Source of the DNA: Camelus dromedarius
Taxonomy: Eukaryota
Direction: 5' to 3'
DNA length: 64,000 bases
Assembly (NCBI RefSeq): GCF_036321535.1
Contig: NC_087437.1
Span: forward strand, 86,802,001 to 86,866,000
Shown one piece after another: positions 1-13,467 of this stretch (positions within the stretch are counted from its first letter, which is position 1; each line of letters starts with the position of its first letter). The translations under genes and the position numbers were made by a program. Below the pieces are notes generated by a model, which worked only from the letters and a program-made list of their open reading frames with translations, was not told the origin of the DNA and searched no databases.

Positions 1-19
1 TTATGGTTTAAAAATTGGT

Positions 20-170
20 TCCATATCATTAACTTCTTTCATAGAACTACCCAATGAAGTATTATTCTTACCATATATAGATGAGGAAAGTGAGATTCAG
101 AAAATTAAGTATTTAGCCCAAGGTCACACTTTAAAGTATAACAGCTGAAGTAATAAACCCATTCTTCTGA
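20..170 (-). mobile_element. MIR SINE fragment
   Basis: 'atagatgaggaaagtgagattcagaaaattaagtatttagcccaaggtcacac' resembles the reverse complement of the MIR core; boundaries approximate. Confidence 0.75.
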
Positions 171-359
171 TGGGAAACCTATATACAGATTATTTCCTAG
201 AAAGACATTGAAAAATACCTATAGACACACACATAATAGATACTGAATATATGTAGAACATATAAAATATTGAATATTTAAAATTTAGAAGTTATAGAGA
301 GTATATATAAAATATTTTGTGTGCATGTGTAGAGGGAGAGACAGAGAGAAAAAGGAATA

Positions 360-575
360 TTATGTGGCATTATGATAAAAAGTATGCATTTTGGAATCAT
401 ATGGCTGGTGACAGAATCCAAATGTCATTACTTCTTAGCTGTATAAACCTCCCTGACCCTAAGCTACTCTAAATATAAGTGGGAAAAATAAGAATATTAA
501 TGTATCTATCAGGAGATACTTACAGTAAAGAATTTAGATTATGTTTGGCACGTAATAAGAAATAAATAATAGTAG
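360..575 (+). mobile_element. MIR SINE fragment
   Basis: Degenerate MIR order: 'ttggaatca...cattacttcttagctgtataaacctccctgacc...aaatataagtggg...tttggcacgtaataagaaataaataat'. Confidence 0.6.
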
Positions 576-934
576 TGAGGAAGCAGAGAAGAAGAAGAAA
601 ACATCCAAATTTATCTCTCTGTTGAAAAGTTTGAAAGTTAACCAGTATTTTATTGGGTCTATGCTTCTGACACAATATCTAGGAAATTAAAGAATATTCA
701 CAAATATATTTGTAAGATGTTAACAAGTGTGATGTCAACAAGGACTAGAGGAGGTAAAATTATATCAAGGAAAGAGCTCTTTCAAAATAACCTGACAGTT
801 GTTGCCATACCTTAGGATCATTTGCTGATTGTGTGTGCCAGAGAAAATTGGGTGTAGCCGAGGGGCATGGACTCTCCTGAGGTAAGATGAGTCCGGAAGA
901 GCTTCTGACTGTTTCTCCTGAAAAGTCAGTTGAG

Positions 935-2745
935 TTCCCTTGTATATAACTTGTTGCCTTTCCCTTGCTGCTTTTAATATTCTCTACCTTTAATTTTTTC
1001 CATTTTAATTACATTGTGTCTTGGCATGGTCCTCTTTGTGTTGGTCTTGTTTGGGAATCTCTGTGTTTCCTGGACCTAGATCTCTGTTTCCTTTCTCAGG
1101 TTAGGGAAATCTTCAGCTATTATGTCTTCAAATGAGTTCTCTGCCTCTTTCTCTCTCTCTCTCTCTCCTTCTGAACCTCTATAATATGAATATTAATATG
1201 CTTGATGTTGTCTCAGAGGTCTCAAACTGTTCCCTTTTTTTTACATTCTTATTCTCCTCCTCCTCCTCCCCTTACCTCTCCTCATCCTCCTCCTTCTTTT
1301 TGTTCAGGTTGAGTGATTTCCACTACTCTGTCTTCCAGTTTGCTAATTTGTTCCTCTATATCATTTAACCTACTGTTGATTTCTTCTAATTTATTTTTTT
1401 CAGTTATTGTATTCCTCATCTCTGCTTGGTTCTTCCTTACATTTTTAAACTCTTTGATAAACTTCTCACTGTGTTGATCCATTCTCCTGAGTTTTTGAGC
1501 ATCTTTATCTCCATTACTTTGAACTCTTTATCAGGTAGATTCCTTATTTCCACTTAATTTTTCTGTAGTTTTATCTTGTTGCTTCATTGGGAACTTGTTC
1601 CTCTGTTACCTCATTTTGCTTAATTTGTTGTTTTTATTTCTATGTATTTGGTAGGTTGGTTACATTTCCTAGTCTTGGAGAAGTGGCTTTTTGTAGGAGA
1701 CTTCCTTTATATTTCAGCAGCTCATTCCCCTCTGGTCATCAGAGCTATATGCTCTGAGGAGTGCCCCTATGTGGGCTGAGTGAGCCCTTCTGTTGTTGTG
1801 GGTTGACTACTGTGGATGGTGGTAGGTGTGTCTAGTCTCCAGTCTGGTTGTTTTCCAGGCCCTGCCTTGTTTGGAGGATGCCAGCTGCCTTGGGGAGGAC
1901 CCAGGTCATGAGGTGGCCATTGCAGAGCCCCAAGGGTTCCCAGGGCTAGTGCCAGCCCACTGGCGGGCAGAGATGGGTACTAGGGTGGCTGCTTGTGGGT
2001 CCAGGAGTCCCAGATCTAGTGTTGTTAGCCTACTTGCTTGGAGCTGGTGTTAACTTGCTGGTTAGCAGGATGGACAGGCAAGTGGACTGGGCCAGGTCCC
2101 TGTGCAGATTAGCTAGAGGGGAGATTCCAGAACGGCACTTGCCAGCACCTGTTTCCATGAGGTCACTAAATTGACTGCTTCCAGTGTCTAGTTCCCTGGA
2201 TGAGCTCCAGTTATCTTCTGCCTTTCCTGGAGGCTCTCCAAGATCAGCAGGTGGATTGGACCAAGGTTGTTTTCAGATTACTATTTCTGCTCTGGGTCTC
2301 AGAGCATGTGAGGTTTGGGTTGCACCCTCTTAGATGGAGTCTCTATTTCCCACAGCCTTCGGGTTCTCCCAGAAGTAAGCCCTAATGACCTTCAAAACCA
2401 AATGTTCTAGGAGCTCATCTTCGCAGTGCAGAAGCCTCTGGCTGGGGAGCCTGATGTTAGTCTTGGATCCCTCACTCCTTGGAGAGAGCCTCTGCAATTG
2501 TAATTATCCTCCCATTTGAGGATCACCCACCTGGGGGTGTGGGTCTTGACTATACAGCATCTCCATCCCTCCTACCCATCTCACTGTGGTTCCTTCTTTG
2601 TATTTTTAGTTGTAGAAGATCTTTTCTAATAGTTTTCCAGTCTTTCTAGTTAATAGTTGCTTTGTAAACAGTTGTAATTTTGGTGTGCTCGTGGGAGGAT
2701 GTGAACTCAGGGTCTTCCTATTCTGCCATGTTGGCCACTCTCCTG
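935..2745 (-). mobile_element. LINE-1 5'UTR plus decayed ORF1 (5' part)
   Basis: Minus-strand ORF 1282-1482 (MRNTITEKNKLEEINSRLNDIEEQISKLEDRVVEITQ) is typical of the L1 ORF1p coiled coil. The more GC-rich 1650-2745 segment ends in 'ttctgccatgttggcc', i.e. an L1 5' end-like 'ggccaacatggcagaa' on the minus strand. Confidence 0.85.
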
Positions 2746-2779
2746 ATTATTATCTTTTAAACAGAAATTATGTAATTCA

Positions 2780-5545
2780 GAAGGAAATGAAACTTCAGTG
2801 TCCTAGGGGCAAAAAACCTTGTTGACCTAGGATTCAAAACTCAGAGTATCTGTCCTTAAAAGTAGAAGCAAAACAAACATGTCTTACGACATCTGCAAGC
2901 TGAGACAATTTCTAAATAGAAAACCTCACTATAAAAGATAATAAAGTTCTTAATGTAGTGAAAAATCATACCAAATGGAAGCAAAATTTTAAAAATAAGT
3001 TAATTAGAAATAATGATAAAAATAACAATAGTAATAACACTGTTTAATATTTATAACATATCTACAATTAAAATACTTAACAATAACAAAGCAATAACAA
3101 ATTGTTGTAAATTTCTCTCAAGTTGAAAAAAGGGTTAAAGAAGAACTTTGACATATATGGTAAGAAGTCAAGAATGTATATCATAACTTCCAGTATCACC
3201 ACTAAAAGACTAATATTAAAAAATGTTTACCTAAAAAGCTAAAAGGGACATTAAAAAGGTAGAAAATAGTGATAAAGGATCAAAGAACAGATAAAAGAAA
3301 TGGGAGAAGGGTAGACAAATGGAAATATATCTGTAATTATATTAAATATATATAAATAAAGCACTTCACTCAAAAGACCAAGATAGTGAGGCCAGGTTAA
3401 AAAAAACCCCTGAAATATATTCTGTTCAAAAGTGATACATTTATTCAGGCATAAATAGACTGAATTAAAACAGTGATCAAAAGAAAGCAATTGTGTTAGA
3501 CATATTAGATTCTAAGGCAAGAAGTATGATGAGAAAGACACAGAAATACTTCATAACTTTATAGGTCAATCCAAAAGCAGGACACAGTAGTCTAAAGTTT
3601 TATGCATCTAAAGCAAAACTGACTCAACCTAAAGAAGAAACATGCACATTTATAATTATAGTTACATAGTTTAATACATGACTTTGTTAACTACAGAAGA
3701 AACAGACAAACATAATCATTAATATGTGAATTTTGTAGAGTCACTGCATGCAAATCATGGTTCTATATACATGCAACAAATTAATAAAAAATATATCTTG
3801 TCTGTCAATATGAAATGTATCAAATACCTAGAAATAAAACTAAATGAGCAAATGTGCAGGTTCACTTTAAGTAAAACTGTAAAACATTGAAAAATATTAA
3901 AGATGATAAAATAAATGTAAAAACATATTATATTTATTAATTAGAAGGCTCTCTTATTTAAGGTGTCAATTTCCCCTAAAGTGAACTGTAGATTCGATAC
4001 AATGCCAATCATAATTCCAATAGATTTTTTGTTTTGTTTTTATTTGATTTGGTTTTGGTATGAAACTTGATAAACTTATAAAATTTTAAATGAACATACA
4101 ATAGTCTGTGAATAGCTGATTCAATTCTGAAGAACAAAAATGTTGGATAGCTTCCTTTAATATATTGCAAGGCTTATAAATCTATAGCTAATAAATATAT
4201 TATGTGTTGCAAGTTCAGAAGGGCATATCTACGAAACAGAAAAGAGAGTCTGCAAATAGACAGGTATATGTGGGCAGCTTATTTATGTCAAGTGTGCCAC
4301 TAAAATGAGAGGAATAACCCATCTTTTTAATAAATGGTGCTGAGTCAATTAGATATTGATAACTTAGCCCTTATCTCACTCTATTCACAAAAACATTTCA
4401 AATGGATGGTACATTGAGAAAAATATTAAAAATTCTAAAAGCAATATAGAATATCTTCCTGCACATTGAGATAGGCAAAGATATGTGAATCAAGTCACAA
4501 AAAAATGCTCACTATGAAAATCAAAGAAATGTATTAGATTATATTAAAATTTTAAAAATTTCGTCCTTAGAAAACACCATTAAGATAGTGAAAAACCAAG
4601 TCAAATTTCAGTACTTATAAACTAAATTTATAATTTTATATAAATTATATATAAAAATACATAAAAATATGTGTATAAGATATCTATATAGATATTTATA
4701 TATAATCTCCAACAATAGATGCATATATATTATATATATCCTAAAGTTTCTATGAAAAACATAGAGTCCAATAAAAAAATAATTTACACTTTATAAAAGA
4801 AGGTATTTACATAGACAATACACATGAAATAGTGTTCAACATTATTATCCTTCTGAGAAATACAAATTAAAAACACAATAGTCAACCACACCTTCTATAA
4901 GAGTTAAATTTAAAAATGCAGATGATATTAATATTATCTTTTTCATATGAGTCAATTGGAACTCTTATGCAACCACTTTGTATTACTCTTTATTGGGTAC
5001 TAAATATTACCATGTTTATACTGTGTGTCCAGCAATTCCACTCTTAGATGTATACCCAACAATGTATGCATATTTCCATTGAAGGAAATGTATAAGAATG
5101 TTCACATCATTATTTTTTAGAGCTTCAAACTGGAAGCAATTGAAATATTAAGAATAGGAAAGGTAAACAAGTTTTGCTCTATCCATGCAAACAAAGGAAT
5201 ACTAGATGTCAATGAGATTAAACAGCTGGTCTGTGGTAAATGCCTGTGCATCTCAAACAATCTATTGCCAAGCCAAATAAGTCAGACATAAAGGGTAAAT
5301 ACTGTATGGTCTCATTTATGGACAGTTCAAAAACAGAGAAAACTAAATAATATTGTTATAAATTGTAGTAGTTTTAACCGTTAGGTGGGGAAAGTAGTGA
5401 TGAAGTGTATGAGATGACTTCTGTGATGCTGTTAAGATTCGATTTCTTTATCTACTGCTAGTGTTTTATGTGTTCAACATGATGTGAGAATTCATCAAGT
5501 TATACACTTGTAATTTGTCTATTTTTCTCTGTATTTTGCAAATGA
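2780..5545 (+). mobile_element. Old LINE-1 (L1M/L1ME-like) ORF2 and 3'UTR remnants
   Basis: A-rich sequence with colinear L1 landmarks: 'aaatacctagaaataaa', 'tcaatttcccctaaagtgaactgtagattc', 'ttttaataaatggtgctgagtcaatt', 'ccagcaattccactcttagatgtatacccaa', 'atactgtatggtctcattta'; no intact frame. Confidence 0.8.
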
Positions 5546-6699
5546 TGGGAACCTAAATTAAGACAGAGTGAAAAGGGAAAGTTATAGCAAACCTGAAAAA
5601 TATTTAGGAGAAAATATACTGGGCTTTATTATTGACTGCAAGTAGGTGAGTTTGAAAGAAGTATTACTGGTGTATCCTTTGTGTCCAACTTGGACAACGA
5701 GGATGCTAGTGGAACCTTTTGCTGAGTTACAGAGCAAAGGAAAAAAAAAACCCTAAATTTGGGTTAATTGGAAAAGTTGGGCCGGTATCTTTAAGTCTTC
5801 TAGAAGGGAATATCAGGTTCCACTGGACGGAATGGTATTTGGGTATGCCATTAAAAAAGTCATTGTTGGTGGTCAAAAGAAATAGAAAAAAATTTACCAG
5901 TGGGAGTTTTCCCTAAAGTATGGGGAGAAATCTCATTGGAATGCAGCATGAAAATTGTGGTTTCTCATATTACCTTTTCTTCATAAACTGTAATTTTTAT
6001 AAAGCCATATAACATGTTTATTTTTAGATAAATAATCTCTATCTGTAGAATAGGTGGATTTGGTCAGATTTTGTGTATGATCCTTTCTAGCTTTGAAGCC
6101 TGAAATTGTCATGCATTTCAGTCTGTCTCACTACTAATGACAATATCTATAGCCAATTTCTTCATTAATTCAACAAGCCTTAGCGTCCATCAAGCTTTTA
6201 CTTTCCTTTGTAATTTTTTTGTCTTCCTTGAAAAAATGCCTATTTAAAAATGTTTTTTTCCTTCTACTGATGGAACCCTAATTTATATCTCTGTTACTTG
6301 TTTTCCCCACATACCTATACTATTTACATTCCATGAACCGACAGACTGTTTCTTCATAGGTCTGTTCTGTCTGTTAGAAGATTCCCATTCACACAGCTCT
6401 GAAAAGAAAAGCAATCGAGAGGAAATTAACTTTTCTTAGCTCCAGGCATTTTCTAATAGCATAATGGCCATTAACATTCCTGTTGGCAAAGCTTTCATTA
6501 TATTCTGATAGTGTTAAAATCATTTTGCCTGAAGTTAAGAACAAATCCTTGAATAAAACCTAGAATTTCTATTATGCTTTACATTTCACAATATTTTATC
6601 ATTTATTTTGTTTTGTAGTCCTCATAAAAATGCTATTCTATAGGGACAGACAATATGAAGAATACACATGCTCCAGGCTAGCTAGTAACGAATAATTTG

Positions 6700-7960
6700 G
6701 TTCTTTTCCTCACTCATATTCTTTATATTTCAAATTAAATTTTAATTATACAATTAAAGCATGCATAGCCTCCTAATAAAGCATTAAATACTATTAATAG
6801 GACTAAAATTTCTTTTTATGTTAACCTTAATTCTGCTCCTTTAATGAGAAATAGGCATATTTATGAGTTCAATGTATAACTTTAGGCTTTTCAGAGTAAA
6901 TAAACATATGTACTTGTAAATGTATAACATATTTTTGGTTGTATATATATGTATGTATACACATATACATACACACACATATATATACTTGCATGCATGC
7001 ATATATATACCTACAGTATGATTATACAATTGTGACTGTACTGTGGGTACTGTTTAGCATTTCTTTTGCTGTTTATTAGCTAGTATTTAGCAATTTGCTT
7101 TCCTTCCAGATCAATATTTATTTATTTGCATCATTCATTTTAACTATAGTATAGTATTGCATAGTATGGGAATGTAAAAGTTTATCTAGTTATTCTCTAC
7201 ATGGAAGGATATTTAGGTTGTCCTGTAATCTGCTACTGATATCAGTGAATATTCTTTAAATATTTCCTTGGTGCAGATTATGTGTTTCTCTTGGTAGTTC
7301 TTGCAAACTTGAAGATTTGTGTAAAATTAAAATTTTCACTGCCACAATGGCTCCCAAAGTATCTGTATTATATTAAATTAAATACAATGTGTATTTCCAC
7401 ACATCTCTCCAATTTTTTTTATATGTACCAGTCAGATGGGTAAAAAATTATTTTTGTTGTCTTAAATTGCATTTTACTGACTCTGAGATTAAACCTCTTC
7501 CATTTATTGATTTTATTTTCCTACAAAATGCTTATAGTTCTATTAAATTTTTACCTTTTTCCTATTGATTTACATTATTAATTCTTTACATATTTTAAAT
7601 ACAAATCCTTTGCTGATATGTGGTAAACACTTTTTCCCAGTCTTTCAGCTATTTATATTGTCTTTTGCCATATTTTACATTTAAATGTATTAAATCTTTA
7701 ATTTATTGTTTTTGCTTTTGTATCTTATTTAAGAAGGACCTACAAATACCAAAGTTATGAATATATTTCATATTTTCTGAAAACAATAGTTTTAAGAACT
7801 TACTTAGACTTTATCCAATTGTGTGAAGTAGGAATTAATTTTTTAAATGGATTTCCAGTTTTCTGGGGATGATTTATTCAATAGTCCATTCTTCTAACAT
7901 TTGTTTGAAATATATTTATACCATTTATGTTCTTTCAGTATGTTCTTTTCTTCTTTTTTT
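6700..7960 (-). mobile_element. Old LINE-1 (L1ME-like) remnants with TA/CA low-complexity tract at about 6940-7010
   Basis: T-rich sequence with L1 antisense motifs ('ttttaactatagtatagtattgcatagtatg', 'ttttgttgtcttaaattgcatttt', 'tttttcccagtct'). Confidence 0.65.
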
Positions 7961-8199
7961 TTTTAATTTTACATAGAGAAGAACTAGCATGTTAAGGGTT
8001 TATTTTGCAATGAATGCCAGATTGTCTACTACTATGCTTTAACAGTATCTGATTCAGTCTGTGTGTTTTCCTTTGCACTTTACTTGGAAGGATTTTGGAA
8101 ATGTATTTATCATTATTTTCTAAAATCCATTTATTACTTTTAGAATGACACATATCACTTATCAAAAGTTATGTTTATTTGTTTATTTTTGTATCACAA

Positions 8200-9345
8200 T
8201 TGTTTTCCTTCCAGTTTTATTGAGATATGATTGACACACAATACTGTATAATTTTAAGGTATACAGCATAATGATTTGACTTACATACATCATGAGATGA
8301 TTATCACAGTAAGTTTAGTGACCATCCATCATCTCATATAGACACAAAATAAAAGAAAAAAAAAATTTTCCTCCTGATGAGAACTCTTGGGATTTACTCT
8401 TAACTGTGGGAGACCATGATTGGGTTAACAAATTGTAACAGATCCCAGCCGCTTATCTCCTTAAAGAAGATGTGCTTAGTAACTCCCTTGAGGTTTTAGC
8501 AATGACCCAGGCCCCCAGCTATAAATGCTGGGCGTGCCTGCTGTTAGTCTTCTATCCCCAAAACAGCCTTGGGCTGGAATGGTAAACAAGTTATAAAAAG
8601 CTGCAGACTCAGAGGTGAGAAGGCTGGTTAGCCAAAGACGGGTAAGATCCCCTGAGGGGGCAACCTAAGACAGGCACAGCCACCTGAGTCCAAGTTGTTA
8701 AGCAGCTGATTCTCATACGTTCCACCCTGATAAGCTGAAAGGCTCAACACGAACATGATTCACCAAAAAGGGTCTTCTCACCTTGAGCCAGAACACCAAT
8801 AATAAACAAAGCCTTCGTACTCATTGTGATCCCACACTGTCCTTCCGTAAATTCCTGCATTCCTCCTTTGACTGTACTCAATAAATACGGGAGCATTTGA
8901 GAGGCTCCTGGAGTTGGCTCCCGACTCCCTCTCGCTCTCTTGACTTTTCCACAGTCTTGAGTAATTCATTCCGTGTGGGTGGGACTTCTGCCGGCCAGAA
9001 CCCACAACTGGTGACGAACCCACACTTAACAACATCCAGTATATAACACACAGCAGGGTTAGTTATATTAATCATGTTGTATATTACATCCTTAGTACTT
9101 ACTTATAACTGGAGGTTAGTACCTTCTGACTACTTTCATCCAATTCCCCCTCATGCCTCCCCTTCAGTAACCACAGATCGTACCTCTTTTTCTGAGAGTT
9201 TGTTTCCTTGTTTTTTTGAGGAACCACAATGCTATGTTACTTCCTGGTATACAAATTGGGATTCCATATTTCTATACATTCCAAAATGGTAACCACAATA
9301 AGTCTAGTTACCATCTGTCACCATACAAAAATGTTACATTATTAC
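8200..9345 (-). mobile_element. Cetartiodactyl-type L1 3'UTR fragment, split by an LTR insertion
   Basis: 'ttttattgagatatgattgacacacaatactgtataattttaaggtatacagcataatgatttgac...gatttactcttaac' resumes after the LTR as 'aacatccagtatataacacacagc'. Confidence 0.8.
8405..9024 (+). mobile_element. ERV2/ERVK-like LTR (no internal genes)
   Basis: Begins tgtggg and ends cccaca (6-bp inverted termini); perfect 6-bp TSD cttaac (8399-8404 and 9025-9030); 'aataaatac' near 8880; some CpGs retained. 6-bp TSDs are typical of class II ERVs. Confidence 0.9.
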
Positions 9346-9399
9346 ATTGCCCAAATGTTGTATTTTATACCCATGACTTGTTATGTATAGTCTTCTCTC

Positions 9400-11157
9400 T
9401 GACATCAGAGTTATACTTTTAAATTCCCATTGCTTTGAGTTTTGGTAAAGCTAGTTGACCGTTTTCCTGGAGAATTCTAACCAATACAATTATATCTCTT
9501 TACTTTAAACATATATTTTTTTCCTTTTTGTTGCAAGCTTTTCCCTGCAAATATTGGGTAAAATATTGTGATTTATTTTTGAGCCTATTTGCAATTGTTT
9601 GCCTTTAAATAGATACATTTAAAGTAAGTTTTTATTTGCATTCATTGTAACTACTGATTTGTGTAACCCTATATTTTCTTTATTATTTTCTCTTCTATTT
9701 ACTATATTTCAACTTCCTTATCCTTACCCTTTGCAATTGTGATAAATATTTCTTGCTCTGTTCATTTTATTCTACTGCTTTAAAGTTATATATCTATTTC
9801 TATCCAAAGAGTTCCTTTCATGCTTTTATTGCATCTATTTAAACCTGCTTCTGTAAATTATAGTTACCATTATCTATTATCCTCCTACCAAATATGGAAT
9901 AAAGTGTGTTTTTACTTATATCTGTTCTCTTCCGCATCATCCCATTTTTTAAATATTTTTTATTGATTTATAATCATTTTACAATGTTGTATCAAATTCC
10001 AGTGTAGAGCACAATTTTTCAGTTATACATGAACATACATATATTCATTGTCACATTTTTTTTCTCCATGAGCTACCATAAGATCTTGTATATATTTCCC
10101 TGTGCTATAGAGTATAATCTTGTTTATCTATTCTACTATTTTGAAATCTCAGTCTATTCCTTCCCACCCTCCACCCCCTTGGCAACCACAAGTTTGTATT
10201 CTATGTCTATGAGTCTATTTCTGTTTTGTATTTATGCTTTGTTTGTGTTTTGTTTTTTTTTTTTAGACTCCACATATGAGTGATCTCATACGGTATTTTT
10301 CTTTCTCTTTGAATACAGTGTGTTTTTACTTATATCTGTTCTCTTCCCCATCATCCCATCTTGTATGTTGACATCACTGGAATTTCTCTGTAGTTGACCA
10401 TGTACTATATGAATTCACAGCACTTTCTATACCCCAAGATTATATTCTGTCATATTTTTATTTTATGTACAAAATATGTGCATGAAAGAGACCCCCTAAT
10501 GACAAAACATGACAAAAATATCAGAAAAGTTTCAAATTTCATATTCCACTGCTCATTTTCTTTAAAAAAGTCATGGGAAAATAACCAATTAGAGTTACAA
10601 TTTGGAGTTACTCTCTTTATCCTTAATAGTTAAACATATTTCTAGTATCATCTGCACTATATCAATATTTTCTGATAACAAGAAATTTCTTTTTAAATCA
10701 GTGGTTTTTGATTCTTTAAAGATCAATGGCCTATTACTGTTATTCAGAACTTGAGACTTTTTTATTCAGGTCTAGCATAGCACATACTATGTGTACAAAA
10801 ACAAAGTAATGTTGTTTTTTTTTAAAATCCATTTCACTACTATTATATTAAACACATTTTTTTCCTAAAATTATTTGGTTGAAGTTGGGTTATGTTATTT
10901 ACATTTGAATCTCTACATGCTGATTAATATTACTTACAGAATCATTGCTTTCTGTTCTGCAGATCATTGTGATTATGTTTCATGTCTTTCTGGTTTCTAC
11001 ATTCTTCAGATCTAATTTGGTGATTTCATGAAATTATTTTTCCTGATTTTCTCATTTGTTGGATAATTTTAAAATATGTTTTTAAAAATCACGTCTAAGG
11101 ATTTGAGACAAGAAGAGGCTATAGTTTCTGCTCAGCCTATCATCTTGAAATAGAAGC
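9400..11157 (-). mobile_element. Ancient HAL1/L1ME-like remnants hosting the young L1 insertion
   Basis: T-rich degenerate sequence ending 'ctgctcagcctatcatcttgaaatagaag', resembling a HAL1/L1ME 5' end in antisense. Confidence 0.45.
9946..10310 (-). mobile_element. Young 5'-truncated camelid-type L1 3' end
   Basis: T-rich tail, then 'ttttacaatgttgtatcaaattccagtgtagagcacaatttttcagttatacatgaacatac...ttagactccacatatgagtgatctcatacggtatttttctttctct'; flanked by a 49-bp direct repeat. Confidence 0.9.
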
Positions 11158-11719
11158 TGAAATAGCTGTTTATCAATTTCACTAGATACTTATTAAATAA
11201 CAGTGGAGATAAGCTGTTTCTATGTAAATAAAAACATATGTATTTTCTTTATATTTAAAATTATTGATTTAATATAAGCATTACTATAACATATTTTAAT
11301 AATTAAAAATTATTTCTTAGTTTTGTTTATTCATTCCATAACTGGAAAATGCCATTACTTAAATTCTAAGAACAAAGGAGACATATGAATATATATTAAA
11401 AATAGATCCAAGGATTTTTAAAAGCTTTCTTAATAACTTTATAGTTTGACATGCGTGGTTTGTGAGAAGCAATATTTTCAGTTTATATCAGTCCCAAAGT
11501 ATTCGCAAGATTTTTATACATGACAAATAAAAATTACATTTTAGTTGAATTTACTAAATAAGTAAGACAAATTCAAAAATAAGATTTCTAATTATAGCAT
11601 TTTCTATAATTCATGCAATTATATTAATAGTGATTATTATCATCTCAATATCAAATTTACTTTTAATTTTGGAATATACTTTATGCTAAAACATGACTAT
11701 TGATTGCTGGAAGAAAAAG

Positions 11720-12004
11720 TTAGGGTATCAGACTACAGTAGCTAACCTCAAAATTCTAATGTCTTAACAAAAGGAAGGACATTTCTCATTAATCATATAT
11801 TCTAATCTGGTTGATGGGGAGGAAGAGTGGGGAATCTACTTAATACAATCCTACAGACTCTCAGTGCTTTCTGTCTAATAGTTCACCACAACCTAAGGGC
11901 TCATGGTCTTCCACTGGATCCTCTGAATCTTGATTACTGACAGTGAAGAGGAAAAACATGGAGGTACACAAGGAGCTTTGTAGGCCAGAATGATATACGT
12001 GTGT

Positions 12005-12042
<38 letters not shown>

Positions 12043-12170
12043 CACCTCTGACCAGATTCTATTGGCTAAAAGTGAAATATATGCCTACAAAAATACGTGG
12101 ATTAGTATTTTACCCAAGAAGAAAAGGTAATACATATCTTTAAGTGAACTTTATCATTGTCTGCCACTTG
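11720..12170. mobile_element. Old MaLR (MLT1-like) LTR remnant
   Basis: 'cctcaaaattctaatgtcttaacaaaagg...catttctcatt' and 'atcacctctgaccagattctattggctaaaa' are MLT1-like. Confidence 0.55.
12007..12041. repeat. (AC)n microsatellite, about 17 units
   Basis: Directly visible perfect dinucleotide run. Confidence 0.97.
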
Positions 12171-12823
12171 GAATTCAGTGTAACAGGTCACCTCGTATAA
12201 TCATTGCAATTAATGTCAGAAATATTATTCCATGCTTACTTAATTGGTAGGCAGGAATTTCAGTTAACATTTAACTTTCAGTTACCCAATTTTAACTTGT
12301 TATCTGACAACAGAAGACTGACATTTTTCTGCTTTATTTTCTGTTCCAAACTAGAATCTAGATAACTTTCAAACATAAGAAACTCGTATAGGAATAAGCA
12401 CAGAAACAAGTTCACTTATAAAATTCAGTTTCAATGGTCAAGGCAGTTTCAAGATTCTTTAAAAGAAAAATAAACAAGCAAGCACAATTTTACCTTTTCT
12501 ATTATACTTACTCTCTCTTATGTTCTTCTTTCCAATTTTTCTAACCAAAATACTTCATCAGAGAAATATCTATGTGTTTAATTGCGTAAGTGATAAAATG
12601 CTTTTACTCCAGGACAAAATCATGGTGAATTAGAGGTTCCATTGCCATTCTTTCTAAATATTCCATTAAAACACCCATGGAAATTACAGGAAATTATATT
12701 TGCAATAGCACTGTATGCTGAAAGAACATGTAGATAAAACCCCAGGCAGAGAATTACATTCATTGAGTGTTGAAAAAGGATAGAGTGAGAAACATTTTTT
12801 GGATTGATCTCACACACATGTTC

Positions 12824-13467
12824 TGTCCTAATCTTGATTCCTTAGAAAACAGAGCCTGAGGCAAAAACTAACAGGTTAATGTTACACTGGGGGATACTAT
12901 CTCAGGGAAACAAGATCCAAGGATAAAAGAAAATGAAGCAAGGAAGGTGCAAGAACAAACATAAATTGATGCATTCCAGAGCTGGCCACAGCTTTGCCTT
13001 AAAACACATTTTGTTGCTCAGTTACATGGCGTATAACCTGAGAGGCCACATGGAAACCAGTGTGTCTGGAAACAGTCAGCCAGGGAAGGATAGGGAGCAA
13101 TCTTATTTGCTGAATCTTTCCTGCCTTCTTTATATCCTTGGTCAAAACCTTCCCCTCAGGGCACTGGTGGCCCATGTGGCTGTTTTGTTTAACCTGGCTG
13201 ATTCTTTAGAAAGCCAGGGAAACCCAAGCTTCCTTGGGCATAGTCCTTCCAGCCACTGTGCAGGCACATGGATCTCTTGTCAACTGGCACCAAAGAAAGG
13301 GTCCTTTAGCCTGTGGTGTTGATGTCAGTGATGGCTCTCAGTACTCTGGGAGCAGCATGAACCCTCTGCTAGAACCACACTGGCCAAGAAGCAAGGCAAG
13401 TGGCTGAGGCCCTGGGGAGACATGGTTGTATAGATCTAGGGTAGTAGATAAACTGAGTTCAGTATAC
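12824..13467 (-). mobile_element. ERVL-type LTR remnant (LTR33/LTR16-like)
   Basis: Starts 'tgtcctaatcttgattccttagaaaacagagcctgaggcaaaa' and ends near 'ttcagtataca'; more GC-rich than the flanks. Confidence 0.55.

Noticed and set aside
12933..13322. 129-aa plus-strand ORF
   Set aside because: Lies within an old LTR-like, more GC-rich segment; no recognisable domain or supporting splice structure.
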